Shown: one piece after another, positions 13,250 to 30,330 of the stretch
How the letters are laid out: each line of letters starts with the position of its first letter
Position numbering within the stretch: position 1 is the first letter of the stretch
NCBI RefSeq assembly: GCF_009914755.1
Contig: NC_060925.1
Source: the human T2T-CHM13v2.0 reference genome, Homo sapiens
Length of the DNA: 64,000 nucleotides
Strand: one strand, 5' to 3'
The notes under the pieces: generated by a model
The model's database searches: none
What the model saw: the letters and a program-made list of their open reading frames with translations, nothing else
Told to the model about the DNA's origin: nothing
Made by a program: the position numbers and the translations under genes

Positions 13250-16200
13250 TTAAAGCCAGGAAGGAAAAGGGGGAGAGGTGAGGAAGGCTGTGTGTGTGCC
13301 ACTTGAAACAGGCGGGCTGCTGAGAAGTGCAGAGGCTTTAGGGTGTGAAGGAGTGTGCCATGCATCTGGGGGTGTCCGGGGAGGAGTGTTCCAGATAGAA
13401 AAAAGAGCAGTGCAAAGGCCCCCGAGGCAGGAGTGTCCCTGGCAAGTTCAAAGACCAGCCAGGATACCAGGGTGGCCAGAGCAGGATGTGGGAGGGAGGG
13501 CAGGGGGTAACGGGCACAGGCTAGGGGGGCGTGAGGGCCTTTCCCCCACCGTGGTCCATGCCAGACTTGCCAGGTGTCACCGCCCCTCCTGCTGGGATCC
13601 TGGACCTGGCTCAGCAACCTGCTTCTTAACCAGCCCCCAGTGACTCTGAGGGACACCAGCACTGAGAACCTCAGAAACCGAGGCCACACAGGCAGGAAGC
13701 CACCAAGCCAGCCTTCAAACCCAGCTGGCCACCTGGCTGCAGGCCGGGCACGCTCTGCAGGGCACCAGAGGGGAACGACCCGGCCACAGAACCCACAGCC
13801 GGCCTCAGGGATCTACAGATTCCCAGTCCTTGGCTCCCAGGACCAGCCCCTACTCCCACTTCACCCCACAGCGGGCTCAGATTTCAGAGGGTCGGAGGTG
13901 GCAAAACAGGAAAAAAGCCGGGAAAGGAAGTCCAGGAGCACAAAAGGCCTGTAACAACCTGTGAAGGTTGTGGGGGCACTTCCTGGGGCCAGGCCCCGGT
14001 AAACTCAGTCAACCTTCACAGCGACTCCCCTAGGCAGACACCAATACCATCCATTTGACAGCTGAGCACACTGAGGTGAAAAGGCCCTTCCAAGTGGCCC
14101 TCACTTCCCGCAGCCCCCGGGTCGGAGCCCCCAGGGTGTGCTGACAGTCACCTTGGGCAAAAGGTTTTGCGCCCTGGCCTCTATCCTCTCCTGGGGTTGC
14201 CCAAGAGATCAGTTACTGGGGACTTTGCACAGGGCCTGACGCAAGGGAGGGGGTTGCTCAGTGACCAGGAGCCGCTGAGCTGGTCCCTTCACTCTTACAG
14301 ATGGGGACGCTGAGGACCCGAAAGGCCAAGGATTTGTCCAGGGCCAAAGACAAAGGAGTGGGGCTGCAACCCAGGGTATGGGGGGGGACCTGATCTCAGG
14401 GCCAGGATATGCCAGGGACAGGAACAGGCAGGTCCTAAGGATGGGGGACCTAGTAGACTGCCCCCCGACTCCATCTCTGCTCTGTTCTGTAAATAAAACC
14501 ACTGATCCAGCCGCTGCCGGGGCCCAGAGAGGGAGGTCACCTGTCTCAGGTGGTGCAGCAAGCCTGGCTTCTGACGCCGTGGGTCTCCAGGCCCAGCCTC
14601 TGTCCCTCCCTCTTGTTGCCTCGTCCTGAGCCACGCATTTACCTTCCAGCTCACCCCAGAAGGGGCCATCTCAGGTCTGGGAGACCCAGGCAGGGAAGAG
14701 CAGGCAGGGGATTCTGCTGGAATCTCCCACAGGCAGGGCTGAGTCTCCATGCTCATCCAGGGGTCCCAGCAGGGCAGAGTGGGCGGCTCTGGGGTGGGCT
14801 GGGCTGAGCATGGAGGGCTCTCAGAGGGGCCAACCTTGCCCGGTCCCTTGGATCTTCCCACCAAGCGTCAAGACCCCGTCCCGTGCCTCCCTCTTTCTGG
14901 AGTGTCTCCCCTCTTTCTGGAGTGGCTTCTGAGTGCCGCATCCCCACCCAGAGCCCAACTGAGGCTCCTGTCCATGCTGACCCTGCCCCTGGAGACGTAG
15001 GGCAGGGCTGCCACCTCCTTCAATGGAGACTTGATACCTGCACCTCTATTACCAAGGCAGCCACCCAGCTGCTGCCCATGAGAGAGCTCACCGTTGACTA
15101 ATGGTGGTGGTGGGAGTGCAGGAAGGGGGCTGGGTACTGAGGACGACAAAACGCTGCGGACCCAGTGACTCATGGGACCCCTCTGTGCTACGGCCACGTG
15201 CTGTCCACATGTCGCCCCTGATCTCCAGGTCCGCAGGGTGGGTGGCATCATCACACTTCATGGAGGAGGGAGCTGAGGCCCAGAGAGGTCAGTGACTTGC
15301 CCTAGGTCACACTGCAGATAACAGCCCTGGCTAAAGTGACGGATCCCTTGCTAACCCCCACCGCTAAGTGCTTTCTATAGATTAAGCCACTGTTTCCTCG
15401 CAATAGCATCATGAGGTAGCTGCTTGTGCGAATATCATTTTTCAGTTCAGGAAACTGAGGCACGGAGATGACTAGCCCAAGGACCCACAGCCAGGAAGGC
15501 TGGCTTGGAAACTGCTCTCTACACCATGGTGGTCTATGGCTCATGAGGGCTTCCCAGCCATCACCACCTTGAGACTCCTGGAGTCACTGATCCAGTTCTC
15601 AGATGACAAAACTGAGGCCACAAAGAAGACATGACTTGCCTAGGGTCATGAAGCCCAAGGCCAAGGGCATGGGCTGGTCTATGTCTGATCTCAGCAGGAG
15701 GGAACCAGCAGGAGTGTGGCCAGGGCAAGTGCTGGCTGGGAGCTGACGGTGCAGGCCTGAGGATGCGTGCCGGGGCTCAGGGCTGGCAGAGGTGACCCTG
15801 AGAGCCCTGGAGGGAAACTCTTCCAGGGCTGCTGGACTCAGCTCCAAGCCTTTCCCAAGTGGCCAGATGCTGGGATGGGCCCAGGAATTGGATGATGGGG
15901 TGTCAGGCCCAGCTGACTCCCAAGAAGGGAGGGGCCAGCCCAGGGCTAGGCCTCCTGCCCCAGGCCTCCTGCCCCAGGCCTGCTCAGCCTAGAATCTTGC
16001 CTCTGGGAAGACTGAAGCCTGGGGCGCCTTCCTGCTCCTTGCACAGCATTAGGTCCTATTCAGGTACCCAACTCCCTCAGGCCTGGATTCTCTCCTCACT
16101 GGAACTTGGGTGACCCCTCTGGCTCTGCTGTCATCAAGATCCCATTCAATAGTGACTGCTAAAAGGTCTTCTAAACTACAAAGGGTCACATTTCTGAGAA

Positions 16201-16286
16201 AGAGAGGGGTGGGCCAACCTTCAGTGCACCAAGCTGAAAATGCCTTGGGGAGGTGGGATGGAGCTCAGGAAGCTGGCTGGCTCTAT

Positions 16287-16340
16287 TTCATTCATTCATT
16301 CATTCATTCATTCAGTCAGTCAGTCAGTCATTCATTCATT
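16287..16340. repeat. (TTCA)n/(GTCA)n microsatellite
   Basis: Seen directly. Confidence 0.9.
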
Positions 16341-16940
16341 CTGTGGACACAGAGCCTCAGCCTACCCTCCCACTTCCCCAGCCTTAATCTGACCTTCAGC
16401 AAGCAGAGAGAATTAAACACAAACTCGCTTTGATGGACCAGAACTCCCTGCTCATAGGGTCTGGGTGCCCGGACTCTGGGTGACCTGAGCAAGTCACATG
16501 CTAAGATTCAAAGACTCAGTTTCCAAGGAAGAGGCCTGGCCTCACAGCCAGACCAGCCCCTGACTTTTGATCACTCCTGCCCTCCATGCATCCCTCAGCC
16601 ACCCGCAGAGAAGCTGGGGGCAGAGTAAAGCAAGCCTGGCTCAACCTCCACCCAGAAACACACAAGCACCCGACAAATGCCATATCTGAAAGCTTTCTCC
16701 ATCCTTTTCCTTTCCTTGACTCCCTCAGTAGTCTCCATGGACAGTCATCTCCACTCCCAGCCTCCTCGCTGGCCTCCCACGGTCTCAGGCTAAGCCCAGA
16801 GGGTTTAGGGGTTTGCCAGCAGGCACGCAGTGTGTGGGGGCACAGAGCCAAGGACTGCAACCCCCCGAGGAGGGCTCCATCTGTCTGACCTAGCTGCTGT
16901 CCTTCCCGCACTGGACCCTCCTCCCCCGCGCAGGGGCTCA

Positions 16941-17162
<222 letters not shown>

Positions 17163-19662
17163 TCAAGAAGGGGCACTCTGTCCTCTTTGAACATGGGCAG
17201 AAGATAGGGCTCTGGGTGAAGTTCAAGCTCTTGGGCTTGGCATTCAAGGCCCCTGGGGGTCTGACGCCAACTTTGTCAACCCCCCGCCCCATGCCGTGAC
17301 CACCCTGGCTCATGTTCCCCTCTTCTTGGCCTTTCTGCTGTCTCTTCTATTCAGAGACCCACACGATTTTGTGGTGGGGAGCAGGATGGGTATATTCTAT
17401 TTTCTGAAAGTAATTGGTGATCTTTGTAGAAAAATTCAAGAACATACAAAATATAAATAAAGAAGAAAAGACACCCCCCCCCCACGGTTCCACTAGCTGG
17501 AGATAGACACCGTTACCATTTGGTGTTTTCCCTTTCAGCTCTTTTTGTATGGGTTTGTATATTTACACAGTCGCAGTGGTACTAAAATACAGATTTTCAT
17601 ACTGTTTTTTTTTTCATTTAACCTCACATCAGAAGCACTTTCCCACGTCATTAAAACTCCATAAACTTCGTTTTTAATGGCTGCAAAATATTTCAACTCA
17701 AGGAAGCCTCCTCATCTTTTATTTATCTACCTCCTTACTCTCGGGTATTTACATCGTTGCTAATTTCTTATTGATGTGTGCAGCTGGAGCTGAAAAAGGA
17801 CTGATTTGGGAGCTGCAGACATTTCTTCTGTAGACACAACTGTTATTTCCAGAATGTTCTATTTTTAGATAGACATTTGGCTCCAAAGTCTCCATTCAAA
17901 ATTCCTGAGAGGGGAAAAAACTTTTAAAATACTACTTTTTTTTTTTTTTACCATTTAAAATAAAATGAAAGTGACCTTCTGTTTATAAAAATCTTTGTCT
18001 GCATCTCTGCTTATTTCCTTAGAAGAGATTCCAAGAAGCGGTGAGTGATTTCACGGCAGCAGAGGGTTGGGACATATTACGGGCGCGGATCCCTCTTGGA
18101 GTGAGATGACTCTCCGGAGAGATTTAGTCGTCACCCTCGCGTGTGAGGCTGCGTCACACCCCAGGGATGTGTCTATCAAGATGGAAGATCTTTTACACGC
18201 TCTTGATTTTGTTTGCCTTTTTTTCTATTACTAGTGAGAATGAAACTTTTTATATGATTATTATCCATCATAATCCAACACAAATTACTGCTTCATGTTC
18301 TTTTACTTTCCTGTGAAGGTTTTAGTGCCTTTTAAAAATTGCTATATATTAAGCTTGTTAATACTTTCCATGCTGTATTTGTGGCCATCAGTTTCCCCGG
18401 GCACAGGCCTGCACATTTTGCCTTCACACGCTGGGTGGTTTTTCATTTTCACTTCTATTTCTCGTTCTTCTATCGTTTTATGTTCAGACGGGTTTCTCCG
18501 TGTAGAAAGCAGTTTATGAAGATTTACTTTCGACAGTCTTCTCTCTACTTTCTACAGTGAATTCTCTGATGTGTCTGGGAGTTTGGGGGTCTGGGTAAGA
18601 GTCCTCCTCTCACCCTATTCTCTATTACGATCCACAGCCTCATGCTTTATGAGATTGGTGGCCGGGAGCGGGGGAGATTTGCGGATCCCCCAAGCCAGAC
18701 TTTATCCCCCTATCCCTGCCTCTGGATCCCACGTACAGGCCTGGGAACTCCCTGTGGGTAGGGGCCAATGGTCTCGCACTCTCACCTGTACCCCAGGGCT
18801 GGCACAGGATGGTCAAGGAGAGAGGCTGCCCAAGCGCATCCCTCTGGTGTCCCCCTGACACGCCTCCAAAGTGAGCAGGTAGGTTTCAACAGCCCCACGT
18901 TGCAGGTGGGAGATGAAGCTCAGGGTGGAGACCAGTATCTCACAGTTCTCTTTGCATGGCCGGGTACTTGTTAGTCAACTGATCAAGTGAAAATTCTAGC
19001 CCCAGAGGCAGGAGAATCCGGAACAAAATTAAACCAGCCAGGCTGCCAGGAGCCATGCCACAGGACCCAAGGCCCTCTGAGACACCAGGGGGAATTTAAA
19101 GCTCAAGACCCACTGAGTGTCACTCCAGCTGGGAAATGAGGGGCTTCTCTGGAAGCCTTTTCCTAAGCCAGTCGGCTGAGGCAGGGATAGAAATTCTGAC
19201 TGCACTTGCCCCCGGAGCCCCAGGTCAGAACAGACCTGGTCTCCCACTCTCAGGTCACAGGGGCCACTTTGTATGATTTCTGGAAGCAGAAGTGCAGATG
19301 GTCTAGGGAAGTGCCAGGCAGATGCCTCGGGCTCCCTGCCCGACCCCTCCTACTGCCTTTCCTCACTCTGAGGTCATTTCTCTGCTGGACCTCTTTCTCC
19401 TCCAACCAGCCCAGCACTCTCCTGGGGTCCCTGAGCCTCTGACCCTGCCAGCATTGTCCAGCACCTTCTTGGTTATGACGGGGAGTTTAGGCAGACAGCC
19501 CAGAGCCCTAGGGGCCAGACTGGAGACACGGAGGACTAATGGGTCCCAGTGCCCTGCCACAGGGCCCCGGGCCCACAGCAGCATTTGAAAGCTTACTAAA
19601 ACCCTCCTTCAGGTCGCCCACCTTCTCAGTCAGGCCTTCCCTGGTCACTTTATCTGAAGTAG

Positions 19663-20038
<376 letters not shown>

Positions 20039-20089
20039 GAAGGCATTTTTAACTTGGCTCCGTAGAGTTGAATGAGCCTGAGAACTAGG

Positions 20090-20535
20090 GTAGGAAAAAA
20101 TTACAATTGTATTGTCCCTAACCTCTAACTGAAATTTAGCATCACTCTCAAGTACGAGCGTAGGCAACAAACCACAGAGGTATTATCAGCCGTACCTGTG
20201 ACCTTGTCACCAACAGACGTCACAGATACTTACATATCACATTACAGTTGCTGCAGATTGCTCTAAATATCTTTTATGCTCATCACAACTTCAAAACCAT
20301 GGTTGTCATTAGGCCCAATGCTAGATCTTATTTAATACATTGAATAAAGCAGCACATTTACCACAATTTTTAAAGTATTTTGCTATGTTTTAATAGAAAT
20401 GGTTTCTATTGTAATACTTTGTATTTGATTTTATACCTTAAAAATATCATTGTTCTGAGAAAGGTGTGCGGGCTTCACCAGATATCAGAGGGGCCCACAG
20501 GGCAAAAAAAAAAAAAAAAAAAAAAAAAGCGCTAA
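20090..20535. mobile_element. hAT-Charlie DNA transposon fragment (Charlie4-like)
   Basis: AT-rich segment with CTGAAATTTAGCATC and TTCTGAGAAAGG...GGCTTCACCAGA motifs typical of Charlie4. A related copy lies at ~59710-59900. Confidence 0.6.
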
Positions 20536-21764
20536 GCAGCTCAACCTGAAGTATCACAGGCCCTACCACTCCCTTTCTCTATTCCCTGCACCTGCTGGAA
20601 TTTTCTCACAATGCATATGCTTTTAATAATCCATCTACTCATTTTGTCTCCTTCTACTAGATTATAACCTCCCCAGGGGCCCAAGTTTTTGTCTTGTTCA
20701 TGCAGTGTCTCCAGCCCCTAGGACGGCATCCGGCACAGAGTAGGTGCTCAACAACATTTGTTAAATAAATTAAGGGCAGAGATAATGGCTCCCATTTTGC
20801 ACACAGGTACTAACGTCCCGCTCCTGAGAAGTGAGAAGCCCCCACCCATACCAGGTAGCAAACCACATGCCACCCCTGAGGTCACCAGCACTCCTCGGCC
20901 GCTTCCACCAGCTTCCACGCCTGTCACCACCCCTCCCAGGTACAAAGGAGAGGAGTGTGGGGCCTAAGAGGAGGAGTGAGAGGGAGGGGCAGGAGTCCTG
21001 GACCTCGGGAGACAGGGAGCCTGGGGAGCAGGGGTGGGAGAAAGCTGTCTCCCTGAGTGCCCCTCAGCTACCCCGGCCCTGCCCAGCTCTCTCTCTGCCT
21101 GGCAGTGGCAAACCCATCCATCCCTCTCTCTCAGCCTCTAGATATAACTCTGTGCAGGAGTCCCAGGCAAACCTGCAATCCATCAGGAGCCCAGGAAGTG
21201 TAAACCCAGGCTCTCTGAGGGCTGGCCCTGGTTGCAGGGGAGAAGTCTTGGTCTGGGAAATGGGTTTCCTTTAGGGCTCCAGAAACTCCTCCAGGACCCA
21301 TCATCAACCAGCCGGGGTGGCAGCAGGGCCTCAGGCAAGTCCTTGAGCATTCTCTGCCTGGGTTCCTATGTGTATAAGGTCCCCGCCCCACCCACAGGAG
21401 CTGCATGGGTGGGGGGAGGGGACGTGTCTCAGTCTCAGGGGACCTCGGGGTTTTCTCAGCTTCAGCCAAGAAGCCATTCATCTCTCCCCCAACCAGCGGT
21501 TCCCCTCAGCCTGCACCGGCACACTGCACCCCGAATCTCTGTCGACACACAGTTGCTTTTTAACCAGTTGATCACAGCTCGAGAGCTCATGTGCTTTTCA
21601 TTTTCACTTAGGCCAGTGGCCGCCTGCTAGAGGGGCATTTTTGGGATTTGTGGTGGCGTGTGGTCAACATAGTGTTGGGGTGGCACTGCCAGCGTTAGGG
21701 GTGGGGTGCGTGTATGTGGTGGGGGATGCCAGCACCCAACGCTGCCCAGGGTGGTGAAGATTCA

Positions 21765-22104
<340 letters not shown>

Positions 22105-25100
22105 TTATCTGAGTCATGAACCTAACTCAGTTTTACATAAAACAAGGGTTTTTTTTTGTACTTTTAATATCTACTGAATTTTCCAGAAGGAAAGACAGTT
22201 CTTTTTTTTTTTTTAATTTTGTTCAGCGCTTTGCCAACAGGTGTTGACAACTTCAGAAAGTCATGGTATTGGCAGCAAGGCCAGGTTCAGATTGAGCCCT
22301 GCCACCCTGCCTGTTCCCTCTGCTGTGGGCTTCTGCATGGAGGGCATTCGTCCACCTCATGGAGTCCTGTGGCCCCAACGTTTACATATTCAAATCAGTG
22401 TTTTATTATAAATTACTTTCCCTTTTTTTCTCCATCATAGCTATGGAATAACATAGTTTGCAACTGCATGTAAATAGGTAGGTTTCATTATTTATACATT
22501 TCAACGTAGAATAGTAAGGCTTGATATAAAATATGTATTGTAAGAAAGGCTCCTCATGTCTGGCAGGGCAGGGACCTCAGCCCTAATCACTGCAGGAGAC
22601 AGCAATGACCTGGTTTTCCTCCCTTCCTTTTCTTGGTTCACACCTTCAGCCCTATTGTTAAGAGCTCTGTGGTGTTACTGGGTGCATGTCTTTCATGGAA
22701 AGCCATCTTCCTGGAATTCAGACAGAATGTAGAACTAAAAATTGAGGCAACAAGCAGAGGTTTCCATCAGACTTCTTAGTTCTGGCAGAAGTCAAGAGAC
22801 CCAGGCAAGGGTTCTGGGTCCCAACCCCCAGTCTTAACTCCCAAAGTGTCCCATCTCCTAAAGTGGCCCAGATTGTCACTGTCAACCACTGACTGTTCTC
22901 TCAGGTGGGAATTTCCCAGTCAGCAGGATGGGCACCGCAGATGTGTGTCTGCATGCCAGCGGACCCGGCACCCTCCTTCCTCCCTGCCAACCGCCTCCAC
23001 CTCTCCCACTCAGCAGTTCACACCTTCTGGGTTTCCCCCACCCCCGCCCAAACCACACAGTAATCAGAGAATCAGTGGCTGTCACCGCTCAAAGGGACCT
23101 CAAAGTCCTCCTCCAGTCCCAGGCATTTGAAGTAACAAAATCTCTAACATGTTTCCAGCTCTCAATATGCGCCAGCTGATACACTTGTGTCAATTTCCCT
23201 AACCTTCCCAAAATCTCATGAGGTAGGTACCATTATCATCCCCATCTCACAGATGAGGAAACTGAGGCACAGAGTGGTTAAGTCATTTGCCCAATGTCAT
23301 CCAGCAAGTCATTAGCAGAGCTGGGACTCAAACGCAGGGTGGCTGATACTAGAATGCAGGCTCTCAAAGACCTCGAGCCTCTGAAGGCTGAACGCCTTAG
23401 CCACAGTTCCTCAGACATCGGAACTCCTCCTCAGATCACTTCCTGCCTCCCAGGACCACTGAGACTGGTTATGGACCTCTGAGAGGAGATGGATGAGAGA
23501 ATGGTTTATAAACTCAGCCTCTTGCATCTCCCAGAGCCACAGTCCCAGCCTCGGCCATTCCTGCTACAAGGACAAGCTCCCAACCAACGCCTTGGAAACC
23601 CATTTCCCTCCCTGCAGGCCTGGGGAGGGGGGCTCAAGGTCTGTGGGCATGAAAACCCCTAAAAAAATCATTCTCAGTGTGCAGAATGGCCAGACAAGGT
23701 CTCGGTAACTCAGAAAATCGTCGTCTCTTCTCTTTCTCTCGCTTCCCAGGAGAGAGAGTGGGAAGGGAGAATCAAGTTCCTGATGCCTTGCTGGGCTCCC
23801 AGATCGACAGCACCTTCTGCCCGCCTCGCAACAGGCAGCAGCTATAGTGCTCCTGACACATACCTGGGCTAGCAGACCTGGCCACTGCCCCGCAGTCAGC
23901 AGAGCTCATCAGCCTTGTCTGCCACCGACCAAGGACCAGTGACTGTCCTCTCAGGGTTGGGATTAAGTCGCAAAGGGTTTGAGAGATTGGGGATGACAAA
24001 AGGGACTTGGAGACTAATTAGGAGCAGCAATGAAAGCTTAATTCATAAAAGCAAACATTTTCCATCCATCAACCTGCAACCAGTTAAGGGCACCGTTTGA
24101 AAGAAATCTGTGTGTGGGGAAGGGAGCCAACAGGAACAGGAAATGTTTGAAAGAATGTAAACTATTTCAGTTTCATAAAAAGTAACAAGTAAACAGTTAT
24201 TACATGCAAATAATGTCCTGGTTTTAATTAATGCTGAAAAGTCAAAATATGGCTGACATTTGTATGTATACATCGAACGGCTGGAAAGGAAAAAATGGTG
24301 CCCAGATGCCTGTTTCAGAGCGGGGCTGGCAGCTCAGAGGGAACTAGAACCTTGAGAAGGTCCTGTTTATTGGTGATGAAAAGCACGGTTCTGCTTCAGC
24401 CACTTCAGCCTGCTGTGGAGTTGGGGAGCAGAGGGAACCCAGCTTACTTCTTAACAAAGCTAGAGGCGGGCCTGGTGCTTGGGAAGGGCGACTCCCACTT
24501 CAGCCACTTCTCGTAGGCAGGCTGGTCTTAAAGGGCCAGTGGACCCTCAGGCCTCCGTTCCACAGGGGCAGGGTTTCCAGGACTTTCCCATCCAGGAGTT
24601 AAGTGATGATGGGTTTCAGGTCCCAGAAGCCTCCCATTCAACAGCCCCCCACCCCCGTCCCGCCTTCCTTCTGCTGCTCAAGGTCGGTCAGACAGGCAGG
24701 GTGGCACACCCGCCTTGACTCTGGGGCAGGAGATGGCAGCCTTCGAGCTGTGCTTTCCAACATTCAGCTGCGTTAGCTTCCGTTCTAGACCACCTAGGGC
24801 TCAAAGGCGCTGGGAAACTGGGTCTGGGAGACCACAGCTGGAGAGACAGCCTCAGAGTGTGGGGGATATTCTGCCCCCTATGGAGAGAGTGGCTGGGGTG
24901 CTTGGGCCCCACAGATCAGGGACTTGTCCTGCAACCGCCTTGCTGAAAGACCTATAAGCTCCCTTTTTGAGCTTGTTAATCCACCATCTCCTGCCAGCAT
25001 TTTTTGTGAGACCAGGTGTGCTTAACCGGGAAAGAGGGGGTGGCATGAACGGTTTCAGGAGTTGGTAAACCCTAGAAACTGGGAGAAAATTGTCTTTTTC

Positions 25101-25133
25101 TGGCAAGAGACCATAACTTTCCTCACCTCCTCA

Positions 25134-25487
<354 letters not shown>

Positions 25488-26719
25488 TTAGAAAGGAAGA
25501 GGGTGACCAGGGAAAGGAGGGGAGGGGCTGGGCTGGGCAGCTCCCCTAGGTCCCAGGCACACTGAGTATTTCTCCAATGCAGGGTGGAGAAGAGGCTTAA
25601 AAACAATAAAGACCTTCCCCCAAATATCACGAAAACAAGAAGATGGAATCTCGAGCTTCCACACCAAAATCCTAGATCAACTGCTTACATAAACTGTGTC
25701 CCAAGAAATCATCCTTTCAATGAAATCTAAGCCAGAGCTGTGAATCAGCTCAGTCACTATGATGTGGGGTGCAGTTCCCCTGTTGTCTTCGGCTGCAGCG
25801 AAAGAGGAATCAACATGCTCCTAGCAACGAAGTCTCCAAATGAGAAAGAGTAACAACAATAATAACAACAGGGCTGCTACCCCCACTCAATTTATGCAAG
25901 AGCTGTTTAGGGCATGAAATTTGGCCCTGAAATGTGGACCAGGCCCAGTTTATTGGCCTCTGCAGAGCCTAAATTCGTTATGCAGAGAAAATGCAGAATG
26001 CAAAACTCACTGGTGTTTTGAAAAAGGCCACCAGAAAACCCCTTTAAAGTGAGAGTGGGGCTTTTGATAATGGAAGGATGCACCTGCCGGGAATTGCAGG
26101 ATGGGGGTGGCGATGTCCCCCTAAACACCATCTCCCCCAAATCCCCCACCCCCAGGAGCACGGAGAGGCGGATGCCTTTTGAAAAAGAATCAGACTTTAA
26201 ACAGAGTCACAACTATTTAAACGTGGCCGCCGCGTGCAGGGACTGGGGATCCATATGGTAAAAATTTCAAGGAGAAAATGTTTGGGATCTGATTAAGAAG
26301 ACCAGATTTCCTGTCAACATCCTGTCTTCTTTTAATTTCAAAGACTCCTTTTAAGCTCCAAGTGACAGTAAAACCTCCGATCTGACGATTAAAGTCACAC
26401 GGGCCTCCCGCCCCTCCCGGCGAGATTTCCCCCACTGGTATTTTAAGATGTCACCCGGGAGACCTCAAAGAGCCACTCTTCCTTTTTTTCCCATTTAGAG
26501 TCGTCTTAATGGGAGCAGGGACGGCCTCAGCTTCCAGCCACCTCGGGCAGCACCACCCCCAGCCGCCGGCCCTTCCTGCCCTGCCCTTTTCTCACGGCAG
26601 CTGTGAGAGGTTTAGGGGAAAACCGAGGCGTTTTCGTTTCATCTCGCTGCCCCCTTAAAAAAATGAAAATGAAACAGTCGCCTACTCCCTGGCATAAAGA
26701 AAAAGGTCCTCTAAATGGC

Positions 26720-30330
<3,611 letters not shown>

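Noticed and set aside
14889-14925. Short tandem duplications (CCCTCTTTCTGGAGTG x2; GGCTGCCTGCTACC x2 at ~44948-44976)
   Set aside because: Ordinary slippage events with no sign of function.
17930-18570. Processed pseudogene (poly(T) run at 17936-17949 could be a minus-strand tail)
   Set aside because: No AATAAA at the expected distance, no target-site duplication and no recognisable parent ORF.
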